64,000 nt of DNA from assembly GCF_016903815.1 (NCBI RefSeq), contig NZ_CP069973.1. The stretch is one strand, 5' to 3'. Position 1 is the stretch's first letter; the number at the start of each line of letters is the position of its first letter. Shown here piece after piece: positions 48,945 to 62,745 of this stretch. The DNA comes from Escherichia coli. GTDB taxonomy: Bacteria > Pseudomonadota > Gammaproteobacteria > Enterobacterales > Enterobacteriaceae. Both the position numbers and the translations under genes were made by a program. Below the pieces are notes generated by a model. That model was not told the origin of the DNA. It made no database searches and saw only the letters and a program-made list of their open reading frames with translations.

Positions 48945-50792
48945 ATGCCAATTCAGGTCTTACCGCCACAACTGGCGAACCAGATTGCCGCAGGTGAGGT
49001 GGTCGAGCGACCTGCGTCGGTAGTCAAAGAACTGGTGGAAAACAGCCTCGATGCAGGTGCGACGCGTATCGATATTGATATCGAACGCGGTGGGGCGAAA
49101 CTTATCCGCATTCGTGATAACGGCTGCGGTATCAAAAAAGATGAGCTGGCGCTGGCGCTGGCTCGTCATGCCACCAGTAAAATCGCCTCTCTGGACGATC
49201 TCGAAGCCATTATCAGCCTTGGCTTTCGCGGTGAGGCGCTGGCGAGTATCAGTTCGGTTTCGCGCCTGACGCTCACTTCACGCATCGCAGAACAGCAGGA
49301 AGCCTGGCAGGCCTATGCCGAAGGGCGCGATATGGACGTAACGGTTAAACCGGCGGCGCATCCGGTGGGAACGACGCTGGAGGTGCTGGATCTGTTCTAC
49401 AACACCCCGGCGCGGCGCAAATTCCTGCGCACCGAGAAAACCGAATTTAACCATATCGATGAAATTATTCGCCGCATTGCGCTGGCGCGTTTCGACGTCA
49501 CGATCAACCTGTCGCATAACGGTAAAATTGTGCGTCAGTACCGCGCAGTGCCGGAAGGCGGGCAAAAAGAACGGCGCTTAGGCGCGATTTGCGGCACCGC
49601 TTTTCTCGAACAAGCGCTGGCGATTGAATGGCAACACGGCGATCTTACGCTGCGCGGCTGGGTGGCAGATCCGAATCACACCACGCCCGCACTGGCGGAA
49701 ATTCAGTATTGCTATGTGAATGGTCGCATGATGCGCGATCGCCTGATCAATCACGCGATCCGCCAGGCCTGTGAAGACAAACTGGGGGCCGATCAGCAAC
49801 CGGCATTTGTGCTGTATCTGGAGATCGACCCACATCAGGTGGACGTCAACGTGCACCCTGCCAAACACGAAGTGCGTTTCCATCAGTCGCGTCTGGTGCA
49901 TGATTTTATCTATCAGGGCGTGCTGAGCGTGCTACAACAGCAACTGGAAACGCCGCTACCGCTGGACGATGAACCACAACCTGCACCGCGCGCCATCCCG
50001 GAAAACCGCGTGGCGGCGGGGCGCAATCATTTTGCTGAACCGGCAGTTCGTGAGCCAGTAGCTCCGCGTTACACTCCTGCGCCCGCCTCAGGCAGTCGTC
50101 CGGCTGCCCCTTGGCCGAATGCGCAGCCAGGTTACCAGAAACAGCAAGGTGAAGTGTATCGCCAGCTTTTGCAAACGCCCGCGCCGATGCAAAAACCAAA
50201 AGCGCCAGAACCGCAGGAACCTGCACTTGCGGCGAACAGTCAGAGTTTTGGTCGGGTACTGACTATCGTCCATTCCGACTGTGCGTTGCTGGAGCGCGAC
50301 GGCAACATTTCACTTTTAGCCTTGCCAGTGGCAGAACGTTGGCTGCGTCAGGCGCAACTGACGCCGGGTGAAGCGCCAGTTTGCGCCCAGCCGTTGCTGA
50401 TTCCGCTGCGGCTAAAAGTTTCTGGTGAAGAAAAATCGGCATTAGAAAAAGCGCAGTCTGCCCTGGCGGAATTGGGTATTGATTTCCAGTCCGATGCGCA
50501 GCATGTGACCATCAGGGCCGTGCCTTTACCCTTACGCCAACAAAATTTACAAATCTTGATTCCTGAACTGATAGGCTACCTGGCGAAGCAGTCCGTATTC
50601 GAACCTGGCAATATTGCGCAGTGGATTGCACGAAATCTGATGAGCGAACATGCGCAGTGGTCAATGGCACAGGCCATAACCCTGCTGGCGGACGTGGAAC
50701 GGTTATGTCCGCAACTTGTGAAAACGCCGCCGGGTGGTCTGTTACAATCTGTTGATTTACATCCGGCGATAAAAGCCCTGAAAGATGAGTGA
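48945..50792 (+). CDS. mutL: DNA mismatch repair protein MutL
   Basis: 615 aa [50 protein letters not shown]...; GHKL ATPase motifs. Confidence 0.97.
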
Positions 50793-51735
50793 TATCAGTA
50801 AGGCGAGCCTGCCTAAGGCGATTTTTTTGATGGGGCCGACGGCCTCCGGTAAAACGGCGTTAGCCATTGAGCTGCGTAAAATTTTACCAGTAGAGTTGAT
50901 AAGCGTTGATTCTGCCCTTATTTACAAAGGGATGGATATCGGGACGGCGAAGCCGAACGCTGAAGAGTTACTCGCCGCGCCGCACCGATTGCTGGATATT
51001 CGCGATCCGTCGCAGGCTTACTCGGCTGCTGATTTTCGCCGCGATGCGCTGGCGGAAATGGCCGATATCACCGCGGCGGGGCGGATCCCACTGTTAGTGG
51101 GCGGTACTATGTTGTATTTCAAGGCATTGCTGGAAGGGTTGTCGCCGCTACCGTCGGCAGACCCGGAAGTGCGGGCCAGAATTGAGCAACAGGCGGCAGA
51201 GCAAGGTTGGGAGTCATTGCATCGTCAACTTCAGGAGATCGATCCGGTTGCGGCAGCAAGGATTCATCCAAATGATCCACAAAGGCTTTCCCGGGCACTG
51301 GAAGTTTTTTTCATTTCGGGTAAAACTTTAACGGAACTGACGCAAACGTCAGGAGACGCTCTACCGTATCAGGTGCATCAGTTCGCCATCGCCCCGGCGA
51401 GCCGTGAACTGCTCCATCAACGAATTGAGCAGCGTTTTCATCAGATGTTGGCTTCAGGTTTTGAAGCAGAAGTCCGGGCGCTTTTTGCCCGAGGAGATTT
51501 GCATACGGACTTGCCTTCCATTCGTTGCGTGGGTTATCGCCAGATGTGGTCTTACCTTGAAGGCGAAATCTCATACGATGAAATGGTTTATCGAGGTGTT
51601 TGCGCCACGAGACAGTTGGCGAAGCGGCAGATAACCTGGCTGCGTGGTTGGGAAGGGGTTCACTGGCTTGACAGTGAAAAACCAGAACAAGCGCGTGACG
51701 AAGTATTACAGGTTGTTGGTGCTATCGCAGGCTGA
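50785..51735 (+). CDS. miaA: tRNA dimethylallyltransferase MiaA
   Basis: 316 aa; P-loop GPTASGKT; overlaps the mutL stop. Confidence 0.96.
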
Positions 51736-51808
51736 ATGTGTACAATTGAGACGTATCGTGCGCAATTTTTTCAGAATCGAAAGGTTCAAAGTACAAATAA
51801 GCATATAA

Positions 51809-52129
<321 letters not shown>

Positions 52130-52204
52130 GGTTTCGGGCTGTTTTTTTACACGGGGAGCCAGCGATCCTGCGTTCCCCGCTGATCTATTTAGAGGGTTAT
52201 ACGC

Positions 52205-53485
52205 TTGTTTGACCGTTATGATGCTGGTGAGCAGGCGGTACTGGTACACATCTATTTTACGCAAGACAAAGATATGGAAGACCTCCAGGAGTTTGAATCT
52301 CTGGTCTCTTCCGCCGGTGTCGAAGCATTGCAGGTGATTACCGGTAGCCGTAAAGCGCCGCACCCAAAGTATTTTGTAGGTGAAGGTAAAGCAGTTGAAA
52401 TTGCGGAAGCTGTCAAAGCGACGGGTGCTTCGGTCGTTCTTTTTGACCATGCCCTGAGCCCGGCGCAAGAGCGTAACCTGGAGCGTTTGTGCGAGTGTCG
52501 TGTCATCGACCGCACCGGCCTTATTTTAGATATTTTCGCCCAACGTGCCCGTACCCATGAGGGTAAGTTGCAGGTTGAGCTGGCGCAGCTGCGCCATCTG
52601 GCTACGCGCCTGGTGCGTGGCTGGACCCACCTTGAAAGACAGAAAGGCGGGATAGGTTTGCGTGGTCCGGGTGAAACCCAGCTCGAAACCGACCGTCGTT
52701 TGTTGCGTAATCGCATCGTGCAGATACAGTCGCGCCTGGAAAGAGTTGAAAAGCAGCGTGAGCAGGGGCGGCAATCGCGTATCAAAGCCGACGTTCCTAC
52801 TGTTTCGCTGGTGGGATATACCAACGCCGGTAAATCTACCCTTTTCAATCGCATCACCGAAGCGCGGGTCTACGCGGCAGACCAGTTGTTTGCCACCCTC
52901 GACCCGACGTTGCGGCGTATTGACGTCGCAGATGTCGGTGAAACCGTGTTGGCAGATACCGTAGGGTTTATTCGCCACCTGCCGCACGATCTGGTGGCGG
53001 CATTTAAAGCCACGTTACAAGAGACGCGGCAAGCCACATTGCTGCTGCACGTCATTGATGCGGCGGATGTACGTGTACAAGAAAACATCGAAGCGGTGAA
53101 TACGGTTCTTGAAGAGATCGACGCTCACGAGATCCCAACCCTGCTGGTGATGAACAAGATCGATATGCTGGAAGATTTCGAACCGCGTATTGATCGGGAC
53201 GAAGAGAACAAACCGATCCGTGTCTGGCTTTCCGCACAGACCGGAGCGGGGATACCACAGCTTTTTCAGGCTTTGACGGAGCGGCTTTCCGGCGAGGTGG
53301 CGCAGCATACATTGCGTCTGCCACCGCAGGAAGGGCGTCTGAGAAGTCGTTTTTATCAGCTTCAGGCAATAGAAAAAGAGTGGATGGAGGAGGACGGCAG
53401 CGTAAGTCTGCAAGTTCGTATGCCGATCGTTGACTGGCGTCGCCTCTGTAAACAAGAACCGGCGTTGATCGATTACCTGATCTAA
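52205..53485 (+). CDS. hflX: GTPase HflX
   Basis: 426 aa; G-domain motifs ([21 protein letters not shown]). Confidence 0.96.
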   Translation: MFDRYDAGEQAVLVHIYFTQDKDMEDLQEFESLVSSAGVEALQVITGSRKAPHPKYFVGEGKAVEIAEAVKATGASVVLFDHALSPAQERNLERLCECRVIDRTGLILDIFAQRARTHEGKLQVELAQLRHLATRLVRGWTHLERQKGGIGLRGPGETQLETDRRLLRNRIVQIQSRLERVEKQREQGRQSRIKADVPTVSLVGYTNAGKSTLFNRITEARVYAADQLFATLDPTLRRIDVADVGETVLADTVGFIRHLPHDLVAAFKATLQETRQATLLLHVIDAADVRVQENIEAVNTVLEEIDAHEIPTLLVMNKIDMLEDFEPRIDRDEENKPIRVWLSAQTGAGIPQLFQALTERLSGEVAQHTLRLPPQEGRLRSRFYQLQAIEKEWMEEDGSVSLQVRMPIVDWRRLCKQEPALIDYLI

Positions 53486-53570
53486 CGGCGTAGCGTCTGA
53501 AGCGTGGAGTCATATCCTCTGGCGTCGAAAGACAACAGGGATCACCGCATAACAAATATGGAGCACAAAC

Positions 53571-54830
53571 ATGGCGTGGAATCAGCCCGGTAATAACGGA
53601 CAAGACCGCGACCCGTGGGGAAGCAGCAAACCTGGCGGCAACTCTGAGGGAAATGGAAACAAAGGCGGTCGCGATCAAGGGCCACCTGATTTAGATGATA
53701 TCTTCCGCAAGCTGAGCAAAAAGCTCGGTGGTCTGGGCGGCGGTAAAGGCACCGGATCTGGCGGTGGCAGTTCATCGCAAGGCCCGCGCCCGCAGCTTGG
53801 CGGTCGTGTCGTTACCATCGCAGCGGCAGCGATTGTCATTATCTGGGCGGCCAGTGGTTTCTATACCATTAAAGAAGCCGAACGTGGCGTGGTAACACGC
53901 TTTGGTAAATTCAGCCATCTGGTTGAGCCGGGTCTGAACTGGAAACCGACGTTTATTGACGAAGTCAAACCGGTGAACGTGGAAGCCGTGCGTGAACTGG
54001 CAGCTTCTGGTGTGATGCTGACGTCGGACGAGAACGTAGTGCGCGTTGAGATGAACGTGCAGTACCGCGTCACCGATCCGGAAAAATATCTGTATAGCGT
54101 GACCAGCCCGGATGACAGCCTGCGTCAGGCTACCGACAGCGCCCTACGCGGGGTTATCGGTAAATACACCATGGACCGCATTCTGACGGAAGGTCGTACC
54201 GTGATTCGTAGCGATACTCAGCGCGAACTGGAAGAGACGATTCGTCCGTATGACATGGGTATCACGCTGCTGGACGTCAACTTCCAGGCTGCTCGTCCGC
54301 CGGAAGAAGTAAAAGCGGCGTTTGACGATGCGATTGCCGCGCGTGAAAACGAACAGCAATACATTCGTGAAGCAGAAGCGTATACCAACGAAGTTCAGCC
54401 GCGTGCGAACGGTCAGGCGCAACGTATCCTCGAAGAGGCGCGTGCGTACAAGGCCCAGACCATCCTGGAAGCTCAGGGTGAAGTGGCGCGCTTTGCTAAA
54501 CTTCTGCCGGAATATAAAGCCGCGCCGGAAATTACTCGCGAGCGTCTGTATATCGAGACGATGGAAAAAGTGTTGGGCAACACCCGCAAAGTGCTGGTTA
54601 ACGATAAAGGTGGCAACCTGATGGTTCTGCCATTAGACCAGATGCTGAAAGGTGGTAACGCCCCTGCGGCGAAGAGCGATAACGGTGCCAGCAATCTGCT
54701 GCGTCTGCCGCCAGCCTCTTCCACCACAACCAGTGGAGCAAGCAACACGTCGTCCACCAGTCAGGGCGATATTATGGACCAACGCCGCGCCAACGCGCAG
54801 CGTAACGACTACCAGCGTCAGGGGGAATAA
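53571..54830 (+). CDS. hflK: FtsH protease modulator HflK (SPFH/band-7 family)
   Basis: 419 aa MAWNQPGNNGQDRDPWGSSKPGGNSEGNGNKGGRDQGPPDLDDIFRKL... Confidence 0.96.
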   Translation: MAWNQPGNNGQDRDPWGSSKPGGNSEGNGNKGGRDQGPPDLDDIFRKLSKKLGGLGGGKGTGSGGGSSSQGPRPQLGGRVVTIAAAAIVIIWAASGFYTIKEAERGVVTRFGKFSHLVEPGLNWKPTFIDEVKPVNVEAVRELAASGVMLTSDENVVRVEMNVQYRVTDPEKYLYSVTSPDDSLRQATDSALRGVIGKYTMDRILTEGRTVIRSDTQRELEETIRPYDMGITLLDVNFQAARPPEEVKAAFDDAIAARENEQQYIREAEAYTNEVQPRANGQAQRILEEARAYKAQTILEAQGEVARFAKLLPEYKAAPEITRERLYIETMEKVLGNTRKVLVNDKGGNLMVLPLDQMLKGGNAPAAKSDNGASNLLRLPPASSTTTSGASNTSSTSQGDIMDQRRANAQRNDYQRQGE

Positions 54831-54832
54831 CG

Positions 54833-55837
54833 ATGCGTAAGTCAGTTATCGCGATTATCATCATCGTGCTGGTAGTGCTTTACATGTCTGTCTTTGTCGT
54901 CAAAGAAGGTGAACGCGGTATTACGCTGCGTTTTGGTAAGGTACTGCGTGACGATGACAACAAACCTCTGGTTTATGAGCCGGGTCTGCATTTCAAGATA
55001 CCGTTCATTGAAACGGTGAAAATGCTCGACGCACGTATTCAGACCATGGACAACCAGGCCGACCGCTTTGTGACCAAAGAGAAGAAAGACCTGATCGTCG
55101 ACTCTTACATCAAATGGCGCATCAGCGATTTCAGCCGTTACTACCTGGCAACGGGTGGTGGCGACATTTCGCAAGCGGAAGTGCTGTTGAAACGTAAGTT
55201 CTCTGACCGTCTGCGTTCTGAAATTGGTCGCCTGGACGTGAAAGACATCGTCACCGATTCCCGTGGTCGTCTGACCCTCGAAGTACGTGACGCGCTGAAC
55301 TCCGGTTCTGCGGGTACAGAAGATGAAGTTACTACCCCGGCAGCAGATAACGCCATTGCCGAAGCGGCAGAGCGCGTAACGGCTGAGACGAAGGGTAAAG
55401 TTCCGGTCATCAACCCGAACAGTATGGCGGCGCTGGGTATTGAAGTTGTCGATGTGCGTATTAAGCAGATCAACCTGCCGACCGAAGTGTCTGAAGCGAT
55501 CTACAACCGTATGCGCGCCGAGCGTGAAGCGGTAGCGCGTCGTCACCGTTCACAAGGTCAGGAAGAAGCGGAAAAACTGCGTGCGACTGCCGACTATGAA
55601 GTGACCAGAACGCTGGCAGAAGCTGAGCGTCAGGGCCGCATCATGCGTGGTGAAGGCGATGCAGAAGCAGCCAAACTGTTTGCTGATGCATTCAGTAAAG
55701 ATCCGGACTTCTACGCATTTATCCGTAGCCTGCGTGCTTATGAGAACAGCTTCTCTGGCAATCAGGACGTGATGGTCATGAGCCCGGATAGCGATTTCTT
55801 CCGCTACATGAAGACGCCGACTTCCGCAACGCGTTAA
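54833..55837 (+). CDS. hflC: FtsH protease modulator HflC (SPFH/band-7 family)
   Basis: 334 aa MRKSVIAIIIIVLVVLYMSVFVVKEGERGITLRFGKVLRDDDNKPLVYEPGLHFKIPFIE... Confidence 0.96.
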   Translation: MRKSVIAIIIIVLVVLYMSVFVVKEGERGITLRFGKVLRDDDNKPLVYEPGLHFKIPFIETVKMLDARIQTMDNQADRFVTKEKKDLIVDSYIKWRISDFSRYYLATGGGDISQAEVLLKRKFSDRLRSEIGRLDVKDIVTDSRGRLTLEVRDALNSGSAGTEDEVTTPAADNAIAEAAERVTAETKGKVPVINPNSMAALGIEVVDVRIKQINLPTEVSEAIYNRMRAEREAVARRHRSQGQEEAEKLRATADYEVTRTLAEAERQGRIMRGEGDAEAAKLFADAFSKDPDFYAFIRSLRAYENSFSGNQDVMVMSPDSDFFRYMKTPTSATR

Positions 55838-55866
55838 TATAACGACTGCGGTACAGGTCAATAAAG

Positions 55867-55903
55867 CCACCGCATCCTCAGGGATGTCGGTGGTTTTCTT
55901 TTT
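55867..55903 (+). terminator. Rho-independent terminator after hflC
   Basis: CCACCGCATCC-tcag-GGATGTCGGTGG hairpin followed by TTTTCTTTTTCT. Confidence 0.8.
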
Positions 55904-55918
55904 CTATAAGGATAATGA

Positions 55919-56116
55919 ATGAATTCGACAATCTGGCTGGCGCTTGCCCTGGTTTTGGTACTGGAAGGTTTAGGGCCGATGCTTTACCCGAAGGCATGGA
56001 AGAAGATGATCTCTGCGATGACCAATTTGCCCGATAATATTTTACGTCGTTTTGGCGGTGGACTTGTGGTTGCGGGCGTTGTGGTCTACTACATGTTGAG
56101 GAAAACGATTGGCTGA
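55919..56116 (+). CDS. yjeT: Small inner membrane protein YjeT (DUF2065)
   Basis: 65 aa MNSTIWLALALVLVLEGLGPMLYPKAWKKMISAMTNLPDNILRRFGGGLVVAGVVVYYMLRKTIG. Confidence 0.85.
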   Translation: MNSTIWLALALVLVLEGLGPMLYPKAWKKMISAMTNLPDNILRRFGGGLVVAGVVVYYMLRKTIG

Positions 56117-56216
56117 ACAAAAAACAGACTGATCGAGGTCATTTTTGAGTGCAAAAAGTGCTGTAACTCTGAAAAAGCGATGGTAGAATCCATTTTTAAG
56201 CAAACGGTGATTTTGA

Positions 56217-57518
<1,302 letters not shown>

Positions 57519-57722
57519 TTCTGGTACGCCTGGCAGATATTTTGCCTGCCGGGCTAACAGTGTGATACATTGCTGTGTCGGGTAAGCCATTACGCTATCC
57601 GACACAGTGTTAAATCCTCGCTTTTTTCCTTCCCCGAACTGAAATAAATTAGCGACACAGCTTGTGGCTGGTTTATCATCAATATAAATGTATTTTTTCC
57701 CGATTTCCCTTTTGAGGTTGAT

Positions 57723-58148
57723 GTGCAGTTAACGAGTTTCACTGATTACGGATTACGTGCGCTGATCTACATGGCGTCATTGCCAGAAGGGCGGATGACC
57801 AGTATTTCTGAAGTGACTGACGTCTACGGCGTCTCCCGTAATCATATGGTCAAAATAATCAATCAACTTAGTCGTGCCGGCTACGTGACTGCTGTTCGTG
57901 GAAAAAATGGCGGCATTCGTCTGGGTAAACCGGCGAGTGCGATACGTATTGGTGATGTGGTGCGCGAGCTGGAGCCCTTATCGCTGGTGAATTGCAGCAG
58001 TGAGTTTTGCCACATTACACCTGCCTGTCGGTTGAAACAGGCACTTTCTAAGGCCGTGCAAAGTTTTCTTACGGAACTGGATAACTACACGCTTGCCGAT
58101 TTGGTTGAAGAGAATCAACCGCTTTATAAATTATTGCTGGTGGAGTGA
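57723..58148 (+). CDS. nsrR: Nitric-oxide-sensing transcriptional repressor NsrR (Rrf2 family)
   Basis: 141 aa (GTG start) [64 protein letters not shown]...; three C-terminal Cys for the Fe-S cluster. Confidence 0.95.
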
Positions 58149-58186
58149 CGAAAATCTTCATCAGAGATGACAACGGAGGAACCGAG

Positions 58187-60628
58187 ATGTCACAAGATCC
58201 TTTCCAGGAACGCGAAGCTGAAAAATACGCGAATCCCATCCCTAGTCGGGAATTTATCCTCGAACATTTAACCAAACGTGAAAAACCGGCCAGCCGTGAT
58301 GAGCTGGCGGTAGAACTGCACATTGAAGGCGAAGAGCAGCTTGAAGGCCTGCGTCGCCGCCTGCGCGCGATGGAGCGCGATGGTCAACTGGTCTTCACTC
58401 GTCGTCAGTGCTATGCGCTGCCGGAACGCCTCGACCTGGTGAAAGGTACCGTTATTGGCCACCGTGATGGCTACGGCTTTCTACGGGTTGAAGGACGTAA
58501 AGATGATTTGTATCTCTCCAGCGAGCAGATGAAAACCTGCATTCATGGCGATCAGGTGCTGGCGCAACCGCTGGGCGCTGACCGTAAAGGTCGTCGTGAA
58601 GCGCGTATTGTCCGCGTACTGGTGCCAAAAACCAGCCAGATTGTTGGTCGCTACTTTACCGAAGCGGGCGTCGGCTTTGTGGTTCCTGACGACAGTCGTT
58701 TGAGCTTCGATATCTTAATCCCGCCCGATCAGATCATGGGCGCGCGGATGGGCTTTGTGGTGGTGGTTGAACTGACCCAACGCCCGACTCGCCGTACCAA
58801 AGCGGTGGGTAAAATCGTCGAAGTACTTGGCGACAATATGGGCACCGGCATGGCGGTTGATATCGCTCTGCGTACCCATGAAATTCCGTACATCTGGCCG
58901 CAGGCTGTTGAGCAACAGGTTGCCGGGCTGAAAGAAGAAGTGCCGGAAGAAGCAAAAGCGGGCCGTGTTGATCTGCGCGATTTACCGCTGGTCACCATTG
59001 ATGGCGAAGACGCCCGTGACTTTGACGATGCAGTTTACTGCGAGAAAAAACGCGGCGGCGGCTGGCGTTTATGGGTCGCGATTGCCGACGTCAGCTACTA
59101 TGTGCGTCCGCCAACACCGCTGGACAGAGAAGCGCGTAACCGTGGTACGTCGGTGTACTTCCCTTCGCAGGTTATCCCGATGCTGCCGGAAGTGCTCTCT
59201 AACGGTCTGTGTTCGCTTAACCCGCAGGTAGACCGCCTGTGTATGGTGTGCGAGATGACGGTTTCGTCGAAAGGCCGCCTGACTGGCTACAAATTCTATG
59301 AAGCGGTAATGAGCTCTCACGCACGTCTGACCTACACCAAAGTCTGGCATATTCTGCAGGGCGATCAGGATCTGCGCGAGCAGTACGCCCCGCTGGTTAA
59401 GCATCTCGAAGAGTTGCATAACCTCTATAAAGTGCTGGATAAAGCCCGTGAAGAACGTGGCGGGATCTCATTTGAGAGCGAAGAAGCGAAGTTCATTTTC
59501 AACGCCGAACGCCGTATTGAGCGTATCGAACAGACTCAGCGTAACGACGCACACAAGTTAATTGAAGAGTGCATGATTCTGGCGAATATCTCGGCGGCGC
59601 GTTTCGTTGAGAAAGCCAAAGAACCAGCACTGTTCCGTATTCACGACAAGCCGAGCACCGAAGCGATTACCTCTTTCCGTTCAGTGCTGGCGGAGCTGGG
59701 GCTGGAATTGCCGGGCGGTAACAAGCCGGAACCGCGTGACTACGCGGAGCTGCTGGAGTCGGTTGCCGATCGTCCTGATGCAGAAATGCTGCAAACCATG
59801 CTGCTGCGCTCGATGAAACAGGCGATTTACGATCCGGAAAACCGTGGTCACTTCGGTCTGGCATTGCAGTCCTATGCGCACTTCACTTCGCCGATTCGTC
59901 GTTATCCTGACCTGACGCTGCACCGCGCCATTAAGTATCTGCTGGCGAAAGAGCAGGGGCATCAGGGCAATACCACTGAAACCGGTGGTTACCATTATTC
60001 GATGGAAGAGATGCTGCAACTGGGTCAGCACTGTTCGATGGCGGAACGTCGTGCCGACGAAGCAACACGCGATGTAGCTGACTGGCTGAAGTGTGACTTC
60101 ATGCTCGACCAGGTAGGTAACGTCTTTAAAGGCGTAATTTCCAGCGTCACTGGCTTTGGCTTCTTCGTCCGTCTGGACGACTTGTTCATTGATGGTCTGG
60201 TCCATGTCTCTTCGCTGGACAATGACTACTATCGCTTTGACCAGGTAGGGCAACGCCTGATGGGTGAATCCAGCGGCCAGACTTATCGCCTGGGCGATCG
60301 CGTGGAAGTTCGCGTCGAAGCGGTTAATATGGACGAGCGTAAAATCGACTTTAGCCTGATCTCCAGCGAACGCGCACCGCGCAACGTCGGTAAAACGGCG
60401 CGCGAGAAAGCGAAAAAAGGCGATGCTGGCAAAAAAGGCGGCAAGCGTCGTCAGGTCGGTAAAAAGGTAAACTTTGAGCCAGACAGTGCCTTCCGCGGCG
60501 AGAAAAAACCGAAGCCGAAAGCGGCGAAGAAAGACGCGAGAAAAGCGAAAAAGCCATCGGCTAAAACGCAGAAAATAGCCGCAGCGACCAAAGCGAAGCG
60601 TGCGGCGAAGAAAAAAGTGGCAGAGTGA
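58187..60628 (+). CDS. rnr: Ribonuclease R (VacB)
   Basis: 813 aa from [30 protein letters not shown]...; RNB catalytic domain, S1 domain and Lys-rich basic C-terminal tail. Confidence 0.97.
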   Translation: MSQDPFQEREAEKYANPIPSREFILEHLTKREKPASRDELAVELHIEGEEQLEGLRRRLRAMERDGQLVFTRRQCYALPERLDLVKGTVIGHRDGYGFLRVEGRKDDLYLSSEQMKTCIHGDQVLAQPLGADRKGRREARIVRVLVPKTSQIVGRYFTEAGVGFVVPDDSRLSFDILIPPDQIMGARMGFVVVVELTQRPTRRTKAVGKIVEVLGDNMGTGMAVDIALRTHEIPYIWPQAVEQQVAGLKEEVPEEAKAGRVDLRDLPLVTIDGEDARDFDDAVYCEKKRGGGWRLWVAIADVSYYVRPPTPLDREARNRGTSVYFPSQVIPMLPEVLSNGLCSLNPQVDRLCMVCEMTVSSKGRLTGYKFYEAVMSSHARLTYTKVWHILQGDQDLREQYAPLVKHLEELHNLYKVLDKAREERGGISFESEEAKFIFNAERRIERIEQTQRNDAHKLIEECMILANISAARFVEKAKEPALFRIHDKPSTEAITSFRSVLAELGLELPGGNKPEPRDYAELLESVADRPDAEMLQTMLLRSMKQAIYDPENRGHFGLALQSYAHFTSPIRRYPDLTLHRAIKYLLAKEQGHQGNTTETGGYHYSMEEMLQLGQHCSMAERRADEATRDVADWLKCDFMLDQVGNVFKGVISSVTGFGFFVRLDDLFIDGLVHVSSLDNDYYRFDQVGQRLMGESSGQTYRLGDRVEVRVEAVNMDERKIDFSLISSERAPRNVGKTAREKAKKGDAGKKGGKRRQVGKKVNFEPDSAFRGEKKPKPKAAKKDARKAKKPSAKTQKIAAATKAKRAAKKKVAE

Positions 60629-60665
60629 TCATAACCCTCTTCAAACAGAAGAGGGTGAATTATCC

Positions 60666-60695
60666 GTAGGCCGGGCAAGCGTGGCGCTCCCGGCA
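60666..60695. repeat. REP-like palindromic element between rnr and rlmB
   Basis: GTAGGCCGGGCAAGCGTGGCGCTCCCGGC resembles the E. coli REP consensus (GTAGGCCGG...CCGGC). Confidence 0.45.
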
Positions 60696-60718
60696 AAACG
60701 TAAACAACGAGTACATTA

Positions 60719-61450
60719 ATGAGCGAAATGATTTACGGCATCCACGCAGTGCAGGCCCTGCTGGAGCGCGCCCCTGAACGTTTTCAGGAAGTCTTTATTT
60801 TAAAAGGCCGTGAAGATAAACGTCTGTTACCGCTGATTCACGCCCTTGAGTCCCAGGGCGTGGTTATCCAGTTGGCGAACCGTCAGTATCTCGACGAGAA
60901 AAGCGACGGTGCCGTGCATCAGGGCATTATCGCCCGTGTGAAGCCAGGACGGCAGTATCAGGAAAACGATCTGCCGGATCTGATCGCTTCGCTCAATCAA
61001 CCGTTCCTGCTGATCCTCGACGGCGTAACCGATCCGCACAACCTCGGCGCGTGCCTGCGTAGCGCGGACGCCGCTGGTGTTCATGCGGTGATTGTGCCGA
61101 AAGATCGCTCCGCACAGCTCAACGCCACGGCGAAAAAAGTGGCCTGTGGTGCGGCAGAAAGCGTTCCGCTGATTCGGGTGACTAATCTGGCGCGCACCAT
61201 GCGTATGTTGCAGGAAGAGAATATCTGGATCGTCGGTACGGCAGGTGAGGCGGATCATACACTTTATCAGAGCAAAATGACCGGACGGCTGGCACTGGTG
61301 ATGGGCGCGGAAGGTGAAGGTATGCGTCGCCTGACTCGTGAACATTGCGACGAGTTGATCAGCATCCCAATGGCAGGAAGCGTTTCTTCCCTGAACGTTT
61401 CGGTTGCGACAGGGATTTGCTTATTTGAAGCGGTGCGACAGCGCAGCTAG
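60719..61450 (+). CDS. rlmB: 23S rRNA (guanosine2251-2'-O)-methyltransferase RlmB
   Basis: 243 aa; SpoU/TrmH family motifs ([36 protein letters not shown]). Confidence 0.96.
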   Translation: MSEMIYGIHAVQALLERAPERFQEVFILKGREDKRLLPLIHALESQGVVIQLANRQYLDEKSDGAVHQGIIARVKPGRQYQENDLPDLIASLNQPFLLILDGVTDPHNLGACLRSADAAGVHAVIVPKDRSAQLNATAKKVACGAAESVPLIRVTNLARTMRMLQEENIWIVGTAGEADHTLYQSKMTGRLALVMGAEGEGMRRLTREHCDELISIPMAGSVSSLNVSVATGICLFEAVRQRS

Positions 61451-61470
61451 TTCCTCTGAATTATGAAAAG

Positions 61471-61497
61471 CCATCCAGATTTGGATGGTTTTTTTTT
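61471..61497 (+). terminator. Rho-independent terminator after rlmB
   Basis: CCATCCAGA-TTTGGATGG hairpin followed by a run of 9 T. Confidence 0.85.
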
Positions 61498-61576
61498 GTG
61501 TTTAGCTGGTAAGATAATTACGTACTGCAAATATTCATTTTGTTAATATTTAAACTAAATCTATATGGAATAATAT

Positions 61577-61978
61577 ATGACATGGAATCCGTTGGCGCTG
61601 GCGACGGCGCTGCAAACTGTACCTGAACAAAATATTGATGTAACAAATAGCGAGAACGCATTAATTATTAAAATGAATGATTATGGCGATTTGCAAATCA
61701 ATATTCTTTTTACTTCCCGCCAAATGATTATCGAAACCTTTATTTGTCCGGTGAGTAGTATCAGCAATCCAGATGAATTTAATACCTTCTTATTAAGAAA
61801 TCAGAAGATGATGCCGTTGTCATCGGTAGGGATCTCCAGCGTACAACAGGAAGAGTATTACATTGTTTTCGGGGCGTTATCGCTTAAATCTTCTCTTGAA
61901 GATATCCTGCTTGAGATAACCTCGCTGGTAGATAACGCATTGGATCTGGCTGAAATTACAGAAGAATATTCACACTAA
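61577..61978 (+). CDS. yjfI: Uncharacterized protein YjfI (DUF2170)
   Basis: 133 aa ORF in conserved position ahead of yjfJ. Confidence 0.8.
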   Translation: MTWNPLALATALQTVPEQNIDVTNSENALIIKMNDYGDLQINILFTSRQMIIETFICPVSSISNPDEFNTFLLRNQKMMPLSSVGISSVQQEEYYIVFGALSLKSSLEDILLEITSLVDNALDLAEITEEYSH

Positions 61979-61996
61979 TTACAAGGACGGGTATTT

Positions 61997-62695
61997 ATGG
62001 GAATTTTAAAAAGTTTATTTACGCTGGGGAAATCGTTTATCTCCCAGGCGGAAGAATCCATTGAAGAAACCCAGGGCGTGCGCATGCTGGAACAGCATAT
62101 TCGTGACGCTAAAGCTGAACTCGATAAAGCCGGAAAATCTCGCGTTGATCTGCTGGCGCGGGTGAAATTAAGTCACGATAAGCTGAAAGATTTACGTGAG
62201 CGCAAAGCCAGTCTGGAAGCTCGTGCGCTGAAAGCGTTAAGCAAGAACGTTAATCCGTCGTTGATTAACGAAGTTGCTGAAGAAATCGCGCGCCTTGAGA
62301 ATCTCATTACCGCTGAAGAGCAAGTGTTGTCGAATCTGGAAGTCTCTCGTGATGGCGTGGAAAAAGCAGTTACAGCGACAGCGCAGCGTATCGCTCAGTT
62401 TGAGCAGCAAATGGAAGTCGTTAAAGCCACTGAAGCCATGCAGCGTGCACAACAGGCTGTAACGACCTCTACCGTTGGCGCATCTTCCAGCGTTTCGACA
62501 GCGGCAGAATCCTTAAAACGCCTGCAAACGCGTCAGGCCGAACGTCAGGCTCGTCTGGATGCTGCTGCACAGTTGGAAAAAGTCGCAGACGGTCGCGATC
62601 TTGATGAAAAGCTGGCGGAAGCCGGAATAGGCGGTAGCAATAAAAGTAGCGCCCAGGATGTATTAGCAAGACTGCAACGCCAACAGGGCGAGTAA
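61997..62695 (+). CDS. yjfJ: PspA/IM30-family protein YjfJ
   Basis: 232 aa, coiled-coil rich (MGILKSLFTLGKSFISQAEESIEETQGVRMLEQHIRDAKAELDKAGKSR...). Confidence 0.88.
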   Translation: MGILKSLFTLGKSFISQAEESIEETQGVRMLEQHIRDAKAELDKAGKSRVDLLARVKLSHDKLKDLRERKASLEARALKALSKNVNPSLINEVAEEIARLENLITAEEQVLSNLEVSRDGVEKAVTATAQRIAQFEQQMEVVKATEAMQRAQQAVTTSTVGASSSVSTAAESLKRLQTRQAERQARLDAAAQLEKVADGRDLDEKLAEAGIGGSNKSSAQDVLARLQRQQGE

Positions 62696-62702
62696 TTTTT
62701 TT

Positions 62703-62730
62703 GCCAGCCTCACTGCAAGGCTGGCAACTA
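62703..62730 (+). terminator. Stem-loop after yjfJ (possible terminator/attenuator)
   Basis: GCCAGCCT-cactgca-AGGCTGGC hairpin then AACTATTTT. Confidence 0.5.
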
Positions 62731-62745
62731 TTTTAAGGATAAAAT